Source: Macrostomum lignano (Eukaryota). From it: DNA of 64,000 nucleotides. The notes beneath the pieces were generated by a model. The model saw only the letters and a program-made list of their open reading frames with translations, searched no databases and was not told the origin of the DNA. Position 1 is the first letter of the stretch. The number at the start of each line of letters is the position of its first letter. Both the position numbers and the translations under genes were made by a program. Where the stretch lies: positions 124,001-188,000 of the forward strand of contig NIVC01001520.1 of NCBI GenBank assembly GCA_002269645.1, in the 5' to 3' direction. Positions 25,066 to 50,717 of this stretch are shown in pieces.

Positions 25066-25487
25066 TAGACAGAGACAGACAGACAGACAGACAGACAGGC
25101 AGACAGAGACAGACCGACAGAGATAGACAGACAGGCAGACAGAGACAGACAGACAGACAGAGACAGACAGACACTAACTAAGAAGACAGGCAGACAGACA
25201 GACAGACACTAACTAAGAAGACAGGCAGACAGACAGACAGGCACTAGTAAGAAGATAGGCAGAAAGGCAGACAGACGGACAAAAAACAGCTGAGTTCGAT
25301 AATACGAGCGCACGATAAAGATTTTACCAGTTACATGTAGCTGTCACAGGTAATGTTAATACCTTAATTAGAATGTAATTGGATGCAGAATAGAATAAAG
25401 AAAGATCATTTTTTAATTACCTGGTAATGCCGCTGAGAAATACGTTACCATGACAACTACTGCTAGCAGTGCTCTTTGGTGCTGCAT
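24177..25487 (-). CDS. Secreted protein with a FAMeT-like (Methyltransf_FA, PF12248-type) domain; exons 25487-25421 and 24727-~24180; 3' end uncertain
   Basis: Exon 1 MQHQRALLAVVVMVTYFSAALP + G|gtaatt; phase-matched acceptor cctcctccag|CC; domain pattern IQFGVRAASTAVVG..YELQLGIDGNSQSKLQR..YLGVRNFEAAADWKL. Confidence 0.65.
24770..25270. repeat. (GACA)n/(GGCA)n microsatellite in the FAMeT-like gene intron
   Basis: Direct inspection. Confidence 0.95.
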
Positions 25488-25837
25488 TCGTGCTAGCTTT
25501 GCTCGCAGGTTTATCAAATTTCACTTGGCAAATTGTCCTAATTGTTGCTTGGTAATTCAGAGTCGAAAGCTTGACTATGTTCTTAGAAAATATACCGCAT
25601 AGTATATATACTTAATAATAGCAATGCATAGTTTACAGTGGAAGCGAAATACCCCACCTGCAAGAGCCAATCAGGAACCAAACAACAGATCATTGTATAC
25701 GATTCAATCTAATCCCGGATTTGCGGCTCCTACTGCGTAGGCGTTGTAGTAGTAGTACAGACAGATAGACAGACAGATAGAAAGACAGACAGACAGATGG
25801 ACAGACAGATAGAAAGACAGACAGACATTAGCTAGGC

Positions 25838-25839
25838 TA

Positions 25840-25908
<69 letters not shown>

Positions 25909-25978
25909 CAGTAGTAGCAGTAGTTGTAGTAGCAGTAGTAGTAGTAGTAGCAGTAGTAGCAGTAGTAGTAGTAGCAGC

Positions 25979-26055
<77 letters not shown>

Positions 26056-26291
26056 CAGTAGTAGCAGTAGTTGTAGTAGCAGTAGTAGTAGTAGTAGCAG
26101 TAGTAGCAGTAGTAGTAGTAGTAGTAGCAGCAGTAGTAGTAGTAGTAGTAGTAGTAGCAGTAGTAGTAGTAGTAGTAGCAGCAGTAGTAGTAGTAGTAGT
26201 AGTAGTAGCAGTAGTAGCAGTAGTAGTAGTAGTAGTAGCAGCAGTAGCAGTAGTAGCAGCAGTAGTAGTAGTAGTAGTAGTAGTAGTAGTC
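25838..26291. repeat. (GTA)n/(GCA) trinucleotide microsatellite
   Basis: Direct inspection; source of the poly-Thr ORF. Confidence 0.95.
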
Positions 26292-27029
26292 AAAGAACGA
26301 AGATGCGTTGAAAAAAGGCTTTAAATTTAATTAAACTGTCAACCCAGCAGCACACAGCGAGCTGAGCAATGCTGCAGGTTGAAGCCATTACGAAAAGTGG
26401 CCCTCAGTGCAATTGGCATTTATTTAAAAAATAGAAAAAATAAGGTTTAATAGCTGATAAGGTTTAGAAAATAGATCAGTCAATTAGAACATTAAAAATC
26501 GACCCCCCCAGCGGAGATGAAAAATGCTTCCGTGTCGTCGCGGCTGAACACAATAATAATTTGTAGAAATTGTTTGCCACACAACAACACGAGTATTAAC
26601 TCGAATTGGAGTACTGGGCTGTTAAAAGAGTAGCACCGAGCGTAAAAAACAGTTTAAACGTCTCACTAAGCGGTACGAGATTAGGAATAAAAGCTGGTTA
26701 TATAATAACTTACTAAAATGCGATTATTTGGTACATGTAGGGTACCTAAAAATTGCACCTGTGTATTTTGTAGGGTAATAGAAGATAAAAAAATAGCACG
26801 AATTCGAATTGAATTGCCATTGGATTTATAAAATTATTGTCATTATTATTATCTTTATTATGTAAGTAAGCCAATACTATGAGTTAAGTGCAGTTAGCAG
26901 AATAGCACAAACTAGGGACCAGTCGATCCTCTCGATTCCTCTGAGCGTCAGCTGTCTGAAAAAATAGACATTATCAAGTAAAATAACAGAATGACTTTTA
27001 ACAGGCCGATTATCATTTAAGCTAGGGCA

Positions 27030-27200
27030 ATTAGCATATTAGCTAGGGTGATTAGCATATTAGCTAGGGCAATTATCATATTAGCTAGGGCAATTATCAT
27101 ATTAGCTAGGGCAATTATCATATTAGCTAGGGCGATTAGCATTTAAGATAGAGAGATTAGCATATTAGCTAGGGAGATTAGCATATTAGCTAGGGGGACT
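27030..27200. repeat. 21-bp minisatellite
   Basis: Unit ttagctagggcaattatcata. Confidence 0.85.
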
Positions 27201-27312
27201 ATCCCAGTGATAAGAGCAGCTATACCCTTAGGCTTAGGACTGGAATTTGTTGAATTACTACAAAGTCCAAATTCAAGAGGCTGCTACCGTACCGAGCAAT
27301 GATCAGTCGGCC

Positions 27313-40638
<13,326 letters not shown>

Positions 40639-40955
40639 GGCTAATGGTTTAGTCAGTTATTTGTTACAGAAATTTTTGTATTTTATTAGATTTCTTATTG
40701 TTTTACAGAAGCCGCGCGCTCGCAAAATCAAGCTGTGAGGGGAAATGAATACCGATTAGTTGCTAATATACTTAAAATTTGAATTTTCAGATGTTTGCTA
40801 TGCTACTACAATAATACGATAACAGTAGTATAAATAGATTTTTACCCAGCGAAAATCAATTAAACAACAAAATTCGATTAAAAAACCCCGTGAAAAATTA
40901 TCGGATATATTTTAGGATCTTTCCCAACGCCAACTGTTATAGAACTAGCGCCGAA

Positions 40956-40996
<41 letters not shown>

Positions 40997-41146
40997 CTTA
41001 AAGTGTATAAATGAAAAATAGGTGACTTGAGCGTATTAGTACACATGATAAGGAGAACGATAGAAATTTATTTAGCAAAAATGCAGTTTTTTAATTTGAA
41101 AAGCAGGAAGTTTATTAACGCGCTTGCAAATTCAATTGATTAGAAT

Positions 41147-41500
41147 TTAGAAGTCGGTGAGTCGCTGCGTTGGGTAAGTCTGAAATGAAATGAAAAATCA
41201 AGGCCAGTAATGTATGAATTATTAAATGCATTCAAGAAGTGCCTAGGATTGTTTTCTTAACTCACCAAAATGCTCGGCTCCAATGCATAGCCATACTTAA
41301 TCATCTCGATGGACACGTTGGGCCGAACAAAGACTACAGAGCAGTTGTACGGCGGCTGAAATTATTATTAGGGTTAGGGTTGTAAAATATATACTACAAT
41401 ACCGGACCAAGATAAAATGCATCCTTAATACTAGCTAGTAGTAATGTAGTAGTAGTAGTAGTAGCAGTAGTAGTAGTAGTAGAAGTAGTGGTAATAGTAT

Positions 41501-41551
<51 letters not shown>

Positions 41552-41643
41552 AAGTAGTAGTAGTAGTGGTAATAGTAGTAGTAGTAGTAGTAGCAGTAGT
41601 AGTAGTAGTAGAAGTAGTGGTAATAGTATTAGTAGTAGTATTC

Positions 41644-41703
<60 letters not shown>

Positions 41704-41752
41704 GTATTCGTAGTAGTAGTAGAAGTAGTAGTAGTAGTAGTAGAAGTGGTAA

Positions 41753-41845
<93 letters not shown>

Positions 41846-44832
41846 CAGCAGTCTTAAATGTCTCGTACTAGGAATGCCTATGAATCTATTAACAAAGCGT
41901 GTATGCCTTAATGCGTGTCTGCACATTGCTTGCAATAGTTTGTTTACCTCGTCCAGCAAAGTGCGCACAATTTGCACCGCCTTCGGCTCTGAGCTGTTCG
42001 TCATCAAATCGCAGAAAAAATTGCTAGCCGCCTCGCTCCACTGGCCGTTCGCATCCGTCGGCTTCAAACAGTCCAGATAGGCCAACGCCGTCAACTGACT
42101 GCAGGCGTCGGCAAATTGCCGCTTCAGATAATACAGATCCGTTAGGCTGACAATTTCTGAGCCGCTAGGCGGCTCGTCTAACGGCCGGACTCGAACCCGG
42201 CCGGCCCGGGGAGCGCCGTCGAATCCGAGCGCTTGGACGCGGATTAGTCGGCCATTGGCGCCGCCCAGTCTGGCAGCGCACAGCAGACCGCCTGTGGCTG
42301 CGTGACGACGTGAGATCGGCTGCCAATCAGCGCAAGCTTTCATGTCGGCTTGGAGGCGTCGGCGCTGTTCGTCTAGCCGGCTGCTATGCACAGAGAGCAG
42401 CAGGTCGTCTGGGCAAGTGGCCTTCACGCTCACCTGTGAAGGTAGTGTAATACTGTAATATAGTAGCTATTGTACTTGCAGCCATGCACCTACATGTACA
42501 GGGCTATTGAGACACCTAGTAGGGCGGTTAGACAGCGACTCTGGAGTCTGGTAGATTCTAATGAGTCTGGTGGACTCTGATGAGTCTGGTGGATTCTGAT
42601 GAGGCTGGTCGATTCTGAAGAGTCTGGTAGATTCTAATGAGTCTGGTGGACTCTGATGAGTCTGGTGGATTCTGATGAGTCTGGTGGATTCTGAAGAGGC
42701 TAGTGGATTCTGAAGAGGCTAGTGGATTCTGAAGAGTCTGGTGGATTCTGATGAGTTTGGTGGATTCTGAAGAGTCTGGTGGATTCTGATGAGTTTGGTG
42801 GATTCTGAAGAGTCTGGTGGATTCTGATGAGTTTGGTGGATTCTGAAGAGTCTGGTGGATTCTGATGAGTTTGGTGGATTCTGATGAGTCTGGTAGATTC
42901 TTATGAGTTTGGTGGATTCTGAAGAGTCTGGTGGATTCTGATGAGTCTGGTAGATTTTGATGAGTTTGGTGTATTCTGAAGAGTCTGGTGGATTTGTACG
43001 ATATAGAGTAAAAGCAAGTCCAACTTACCCTGACAGTGCCAGTATTCGGATCGGCATATTCCGCTACAGGCAGCGGCTGCAGCTGGCAGCCAATGGGTAC
43101 ACAGTCGGCCGGAATTCCGTTACTACCACTGTCCCCGTCGCCGTACGTAGACCAGGTGTCGCTCCGATCCAATTCGCTAATGCATGTATTGGTCATGGAC
43201 TTCAGACCAACGGACGAGACGTCGCCGCCGCCGCCAGACGATGAAGACGAGGACAAAGGCGGCAGAGGTGGTGAATACAACTGTAGATTTTGCAAAGGTT
43301 GATGCAGCTCTTGAGGAAGCTTCGGTAGCTGCTCGTCTTCGGGCAGTTGCTGCAGTGGCTGCTGCTTGATACAGTTAGCCGGCAATTCGTTGCTGAAAAG
43401 CATAACGCATCGACTGCCGTCAATTTGACTGTCGAGCCTGACATGAACCTAACGTAAACTCATATCCTTAACCATAACGCTACTAACCTAACCTAAACCC
43501 TATAACCTAAAATCTAAAACGTAGATTTCACACACGATTTTTCCCTAAGTAAAACATAAAAACAAAAAATTTATCTAGGTTGATTCATAATAAAAATTCG
43601 TAATAACAACAATATAATTAATTACACCTGCCCTACTGGGCAGTTTTGCAACAGACAGCTCAGCCCTAGCTAATTCAGGGTGAACTGAAGCAATGCAGAG
43701 TTAAGTGTCTTGCTCAAGGACACAAATTGTTCCAAGTGAGTTGAGAATCGAACCCCCGACCTTTCCTGCGTGAGTCCGACGCTCTGACCACTAGGCCACA
43801 ACCCCTAGCCTATGGGTTTAGTTAAGTAAATAAATAAGGTTAAATACATTAAACGGACTCCTAAATAGCTGTAATTGATGACATTGCCATTGAAATGCTT
43901 TGGGAATCAGGATGCAAAAATGGCACTCGGATTTCTGATGAAAAAATCCGCAGATAATTAAATATGACTCACCTAGCAGGCGGTGCTGGTCGCAGGCTGT
44001 CGGCCAACTGTACCAGCGGACAGGCGCCTAATCGAGGCACCAGTCGCAGTCGCTTCTCCGCCTTTACCATCGCGTCGAAGCTGAGAAATCCCAGCTGCCG
44101 ACAGGGCTCGAAGCCGTACTGGGAGCAATAGGCCTCGGATAGCTGATCCAGTGGCGCCGGGCCGTCAGGCCAGTTGGCCACCATATTGACCAGTTTATCG
44201 GAGTTCGGGTCGGTGACGTACAGGCCAGATTTAGCCGGCATCAGCCTGTGGTCGCCATTAGGCGTCTCAATGATGTCAATGACGCCGCAAGATTGCAGGA
44301 ATCGCATAAATGATAGCATAGAATTGCAGGCAAACTGGTCTAGACGCAGTACAAAACCGTAACGTTGAAAATAAAGCCCGCCAAAGTGACCTAAACTGCA
44401 GCCTTCGCCGTTTTTAGCAAAGAATTCTTCAACTAATTTGGCTATACGATTTCGCACCTGTTGCGGACAGCTGGGATTCCGATTGGCCGACTTTTTTTGA
44501 AAGCTAAAGCGACTTTTACCGCCGCGACAGCTTTTATTTTCTGTGTTAATTTTCTCGATAATGCGTTTGGAAGCATGGTTGGGCGGCTGGGTGCTTTTAG
44601 CGCACATGTTGGCGCCCACTCTGTACATCGTCAGAGTGCCTGGCAGTGCAACTCTGATTAGCTCTTCAACGCTGCTAAAACCGTGTTCACGAAATGGCAC
44701 CGGATGACCCATAGTTCTCTCGTAGGCTTCGGCTAACGATTGAAGAGTCACGTGACTGCCCGACTTGGTTGCCAGGACGTGAATAGAAGCTGAAAATACG
44801 CTTTTGATAACTTCAATGCTTGTAGGAGCCAT
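41147..44832 (-). CDS. LOTUS (x3) + extended Tudor protein, TDRD5/TDRD7 (Tejas/Tapas)-like; exons 44832-43973, 43437-43029, 42433-41948, 41355-41266, 41179-41147 (1878 nt)
   Basis: LOTUS-like YERTMGHPVPFREHGFSSVEELI, YFQRYGFVL..CNSMLSFM, YCSQYGFEPCRQLGFLSFDAMV; eTudor pattern (CAARL..LIRVQ..VRVRPLD..LYYLKRQF..AYLDCLKP..WSEAASNFF..NVSIEMIKYGYA); GT-AG phases consistent, total length divisible by 3. Confidence 0.8.
41440..41848. repeat. (GTA)n microsatellite in TDRD5-like intron 3
   Basis: Direct inspection; the poly-Leu/poly-Val ORFs are artefacts. Confidence 0.95.
42540..42990. repeat. 19-bp minisatellite in TDRD5-like intron 2
   Basis: Unit gattctgatgagtctggtg. Confidence 0.95.
43623..43809 (-). 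mobile_element. tRNA-derived SINE, copy 1
   Basis: Minus-strand A box TGGCCTAGTGG (43798-43788) and B box GGTTCGATTC (43754-43745); body gggtgaactgaagcaatgcagagttaagtgtcttgctcaagg shared with copy 2. Confidence 0.75.
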
Positions 44833-47439
44833 CCCAATTGGTTTGTTGGTTCATGAATTGGAATATTGCCATTGTAGTGCCAGATTACAAAGCACAATTA
44901 GGAATAACCTGATGGCAGACAAGGGAATCAAAGATAAGTTCTTTAGCTTAATTTACCCATATGACATATTGCAGCCAAATTAACATGGATCACATACATC
45001 TCTATGAATTGACATAAAGAGGATATGCAAAAAGGTAATAGAAAGCCTAAAAATCAGTCAACAATTAGAGATGGAGTATTAGAGATTAGAGTAATTCCTA
45101 AATTTTAAGAAGTATTGATTTCATAACCATATATGTTTTGTCTAAGAACCTATATATCTATAACTTTCAATAGCAATATCTGTATCTACAATGGAGCTCT
45201 ATATAAATAGTTTTGGTTGCAACTATGTGAAAACAAATTTTGGCTTAACTATAATACTATATAATCTATCTCTATTAGGTCTTATATCACCTTCACCTAA
45301 CAATTATTACTATGACACTAGCAAAAACTCTAGCCATATTGATTTTGCATATATGGGACCATTATATAGAACATTCCAATGATCATGAGATAAATAGGCC
45401 TAGGATAATTGGCAATCTTTCAGATAATAATTACCAAGTAAATTGACTATCACCTTAATAACAGTTTTAAATAAATAAAGTAGAAGCTCTTAAAATAACA
45501 TTACAAATGGTTTCTAGTATTAGCTCTTTTATAAATTAGCACTTTCCCTTGTGGCTTATATGTTATATCAGTTTTGGATAAAATCAATTCAAATATTAAA
45601 ATTGTCCTAAAATGATCATATTTTAAAAATATAATAACTTTGTATATTTCGCATCTGGACTCTATATATTTAGAGAAATAGGGTCACATTGAGCTTTAAA
45701 CCACTTGCACAGATGTCTCAAATGAACTGGCTCTATTGAATAAGACCTCAGCTTTAATTCTACATATAAACATAGGCCTAATACAAAAAACTATAGGTTA
45801 AAAAGTAGAATGTAATATGTATCCCCCTGAATTTTGAAGATAGGCCTAATCATTTCAATATTACTAGTCTATAGTATAGACTCTATAGACTCTATACAAA
45901 TGATTATTAATTGAAAGTATAATAAATATTTTTGTGGAATATTTAATATATACTTGATGCAATACCTAATTATATCTATTAGAATAGAAGAGGTTGAAGC
46001 ATTTTATTTTTAATTGTTTTTAGCAGTTTTGGAACATGATCATTTTTTTCTAAAAGTTTCATAGAAATGATTGCCTTTTAAAACAAATAATATATAGACT
46101 GACTATTTAAATGATATAAATATTATAGGTTATTCTATTAGAATAGAACTAAATTATTAGGATATCAAAAATACTTTTATAAAATAGAGTCAAATTTCAA
46201 TGGTGATTGTCTATTGAAATTGATATATTAAGCAATGATGATCATTTAAAAGAATAGGCCTATTAGACAATTATATAACTATTATTATCAAATCAAAAGT
46301 TAAGACAAAAACTTTTGGCTAAATAATTTGCCTTTGGCAAATCAATTGGCTAGCTATTTTTATTGATATTCATTAATAGTTCAATAGGCCTGCCTAGTAA
46401 ATTTTAATTGCATGTTTTTAAATATAGAGTACTTAAGCATAGCAGCCATGTCTAGTCTATAATATTTATGCTTATAGGCACAGCTATAATCATTGATATA
46501 AAATGTGTGTTCTATAAGGCTCTCTCATAATCAAATGGTGGCTTAGTGGATAAGATGATTGTCTTGTGATTGCATATAGCAAGGTTTGAATCCTAAGTGG
46601 TTGTAGTTTTTTTTTAATTTGAATTTTTTTTAGCAAATAGAAATTTTTGTGTCTTAAACTTTTTAAGTTTTTTAATTAATGACTGACTGACTGACTGACC
46701 ATACATGCGCAACCTTCAAAATTTGGTCATCCATGCAACTTAGTTTTAACAAAAATGCGACATAGTTTTTGGCCAAAAATGCAACTAACATATAAAAAAC
46801 CCTAGCATAAGTAGTGTAAAGCAAAATTAACGCTACTATAGGTAGGGACTTCAATGAGGCAAAATTATCCCGTTCAAAATTGTAAAAATGGCAAAAAGGG
46901 CCTATCTTTCTACACTTATAACTATTAAAAGGAGTAAAGTGTGAAGTAAAGTTAATATACTTTGAAAAGGCAACATTTTTTTCTTTCAAATAAGACCAGC
47001 TTTATTGAAAACCATTGATTTATTACAAAGCTATACTTACTCAAAGTTTTGCTTTCTTTTCAAAAAAAAATGTATGTGTGACGGTTGCAAAAAATGCACA
47101 TGTTTCGGAATTTGAATTTTTCTAAGAAATGCATCATTTTTTACGCAATGAAACGATTGTAATACAAAGGGAATACATTAGAGAACATTTTAAAGACTTT
47201 TCAGCCATATTTGTTATTATGCAAGTAGGAGAAAAACATGTTTTTTTTAGTTTTTATCATTTTACTCACTGAAGCTCCATAGCGCCGCAGTTCTCCCATA
47301 GCTAATCAGACGCCCACATTTGTTAGCTACAAGACGAAAAAAGAATCATGAAAATCGGTTGCTGCGCAATGCTGCGCGAGCAGTTTAAAGTCAGCCATCC
47401 CATTTGTGATCAAAGTAGGTTTTGCCCTTGAATCATTAG

Positions 47440-47887
47440 GGCAATCATGAACTTTCCCGCGTTTAATTATTTTTTATCTTGTTCGTAAATTTCCAGCTTT
47501 GAAGACATTGAAGACATGGCCGGAAGACCTGCCGCACCAACAACTATAGTCGAGCCAGCCGATGTTCTTCCTGCCATTGAGCTGACCGAGTTGGACCTCA
47601 ACCACCGTGAGCTGGCCCTGCTGACGGATGACACAGCAGTCCAGTGGCTGGCACGGCACGGACTTCTGCGGAACAGCATCGACTGCCCGAACTGTGCCAC
47701 CGCAATGTCCTATTCTGGATCTGCCACTACTACCCCTGCTGACTGTGACTCTTTATTAACTAATAATCGTGGTACCTAGTGTTTTTTATGCCCCTGAACT
47801 TTAATAATACTAATTTTCATCACCCCGCACTTAAAGGTTACGAACAAGATAAAAAAATAATTAAACGCGGGAAAGTTCATGATCGCC
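47440..47887 (+). mobile_element. Merlin/IS1016-like internal-deletion derivative nested in the 46700-49764 element
   Basis: ~48-bp TIRs (ggcaatcatgaactttcccgcgtttaatt...cgtaa), 7-bp flanking repeat tcattag, and a transposase N-terminal remnant VQWLARHGLLRNSIDCPNCATAM. Confidence 0.75.
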
Positions 47888-48005
47888 TCATTAGTTTGTC
47901 ATTCGGCTGTTTTTCTACTTGACCATTATGATTATAACCGATGCTTGCATTTTAGGCAGCTTGCACATGCTTTCGTGCATTTCAGAAGCGATCAGGTTTC
48001 GGGGA

Positions 48006-48954
48006 TTAATCGTCATCCTCTAGCATGTTCAGATCACCAGCGTAGAAGTCCGAGTACAGGTTGTACTCGAATCTTTCTCCAGGGAAATTGTCGAACTCGA
48101 CCTCAAACATCCTGGACAGGATGTCCAAGTTCCGAGCCGTCGGCAACTCGCGGATGACGGCGCCCTCTTCCCACTGCTCCCCATCGGCATACAAGAACTT
48201 CACTTCAATTCTTCGTCCAGGCAGCTCTGGGCAGGACTCGAGCGTCCGAACTGTGGTTTCAGGAGCCTCGTCTGCAGCATCGTCATCGTCCTGAATTCTC
48301 CATCCTCGTCCCCTGCCTCTACCGCGTCCTCGGCCACGTCCTCGGCCGCGTCCTCGGCCACATCCTCGGCTGCGTCCTCGGCTGCGTCCTCGCTGAGGCG
48401 CCGGCGGCTGGACCTCACGTGGCTTCAGCTTCTTGGCCACCAGCTCACGGACTCTTGCGCTACATTCTTGGGGCGGCAGAACGTCTCCAGACGCAGAAGT
48501 GGAGGCAGAAGGGACAAGCTCCTGCTCTTGAGCATTCAGGATGTCAAGGAGCTCCCCAGCTGATCCTGAAGCTGAGCTGTGCTGTGCTGCCTGCCTCTCT
48601 CCGAGAAGTGCAGCAGCGTAACCTTGCCTGGTGGCAGCGGAGCCTCTAAAATGTGTTAAATAAATTGCTTAGAATAGATAGCAAAATAGTCCCATGTATT
48701 CGTAGCTTACGCATGGCCTTGTGAAGTCGAAGCTGGGCTTTCACAGCCTGCTCGACGCTGTTGGCCGCGAGGGATGGGATGACCGCATTGTATAAGGGCC
48801 AAGTTGCTTCTGTCTGCTTAGGAGCAATGGCAGCCTCAATGACTCCAACTTCCAGCTGCTGCTGGTTGAGGGCAGCCTGAACAGCCATGCGGCCACCACT
48901 CTTAAACAGATCAAGAGCAGCCCCAATTGTCATGGAAGCTGGTAGGTCAGACAT
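48006..48954 (-). CDS. Transposon-borne gene: N-terminal region of unknown function + RG tract + C-terminal Spindlin/Ssty-like Tudor domain; exons ~48954-48711 and 48645-48006, one -1 frameshift near 48555
   Basis: 65-nt GT-AG intron (48710-48646) splices in phase; GRRIEVKF..DGEQWEEGAVI..FEVEFD..PGERFEYNLYSDFYAGDLNML resembles Spindlin repeat 2; start codon choice uncertain. Confidence 0.65.
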
Positions 48955-50717
48955 GCTGCCAAGTGCTAGGCTGGAAAGTAAACTTAAGGGTAAAGCCAAG
49001 GTATATCAAACAAGACTATGTAAGCTTTTAAAAGCATTATCATTAAGACAGTTACAGTTGTATGTCAGTTGAATTAATTCTGAATGCTGAAAAGTTGTTA
49101 TATCTTATCATTTATATATAAATGCAATATTACTGCAATATTAGGTAGTGGCTATGTCATATGCATTCATGGATTATATGTATTCTTATATCAAAAAGTG
49201 TGCCCAATGAAAAGTCTTTTTTAGCTATAAAAATTTGAAAAAAATGGGAAAAAATAAGACCTCTGGCAACAAAATCCATCAAGAAATAAAAAAATTATAG
49301 CAAATTGATTTTCAAAAGTTACATAATCTCCGAAAAATGATCACAGTGCCCTATGGAAAAAATACATTACGAGCTAGTACAAAAAATGTAGCACAAAATG
49401 TACCATAACTTTTTTAATACCCAACCAATTTTTATAAATGAAATGTCACCATGCTCATAAAGCATGGATCTATATGATGAAGTACAAAAAATGGCCTAAT
49501 TTTTAGTTTTAAAAACCTCACTGAAGTCCCTACTATAGGTAAACGGTAGGAGTAACTATGACTTTACTATGACTATAGTTATAGACTATGACTATGACTA
49601 ATAAGACATAACTATGACTATGTCTTATTAAGTCAAAATGCCTCGTCAGCTACATAGTACTACTACTTTGGTATTTTTTGGGTGGGCACTTTTGCAACTT
49701 CCTTGTTTGGCCGCCAAATTGGTCAGCCAAATCAGCCGACTTGGCCAACTGTTGTGCATGTATGTGACTGACTGACTGACTTTTTTAGTAGCTACATATA
49801 TTATTATTGCAGCTGCACTTTAAAAAAAGATTTTGTGTTATTCTTAAAATTAAAATTAATTTAATTTAAAAAATTCAAATAAAAAACTTTGACTTTTCAA
49901 TTGATTGATCTTTTCATTTGATCAATGATTATATACATGGCATGGCAGCCATGCCCATAAGCTCTAATATTAGAGACATGGCCACCCACCATGTTTTTAA
50001 GTGTAAATCAATTCCATATTCATGACACAACCATCCACTATGTCTCTAAATATGAACCCATTCAATATTAATGACATGGCTACCGTGCAAGTTTCATTGA
50101 CACAGTGGCCATGTCTAATAGTGACTAGGTCTATTTATAGACATAGCAGCCGTGTCTATAATGCAAATACTTATTTGAATTTTTGACACAGCCGCTTTCA
50201 TAAGTAGGCCGTGTTTTATTTGAATTTCTTTCAAGCTTTTAACAAACATTTTTACTTAAAAACATTATTCACGAAAAATCAGCCTAAATATCAGACAACG
50301 GTCGTTTATTCTGTAAAACAAACACACCAACTTAAAAGACAGAGAATTGAAAAAACAAAACAATTATATTTAAATCATACGAAAGTCTCCGTCCCCGCAC
50401 CACCTGACCTGACCTGATCACTCGATTGCAGTCTCACGTCAGAAGCGTGGACGTGTGGCTGTTGAACGTTTGCAGATTTTTGCTGATTTAATTATATGAA
50501 ACTGGCGTTTTCTTAATAAGAAAAGTCCATCTCTTTTATTGCCATTTTTATTCCTTTCTTAAAATGAGAACGCATTAATTGATCATTTTAGTTAGGCCTA
50601 GCATTTCTCGTTTCAGCTTTGTGCCTTGGCTTTAGTTCACAAGTCAAAAGTTTTTTATAGATAAAGAGTTTAAACACTACAAGCAACTTTCTTATTTTAT
50701 CTTTTGAGGAATTCAGA

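Larger units (their letters stand above)
46700..49764. mobile_element. 3.07-kb non-autonomous TIR DNA transposon in a (TGAC)n microsatellite, superfamily unassigned
   Basis: 14-bp TIRs catacatgcgcaac / gttgtgcatgtatg (13/14 match); tgac directly flanks both ends (46696-46699, 49765-49768) within GACT runs. Confidence 0.7.

Noticed and set aside
42540-42990. CTGATGAG repeated, resembling a hammerhead ribozyme core
   Set aside because: No GAAA partner or stems; simply part of a 19-bp repeat unit.
41368-43520. Telomere-like TTAGGG/CCTAA runs (about 41369-41381 and 43447-43515)
   Set aside because: Only 2-4 degenerate units; not an interstitial telomere array.
43745-43809. Possible tRNA gene (Val-CAC-like)
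   Set aside because: No acceptor-stem pairing or pol III terminator; continues into a SINE body shared with 62526-62760.
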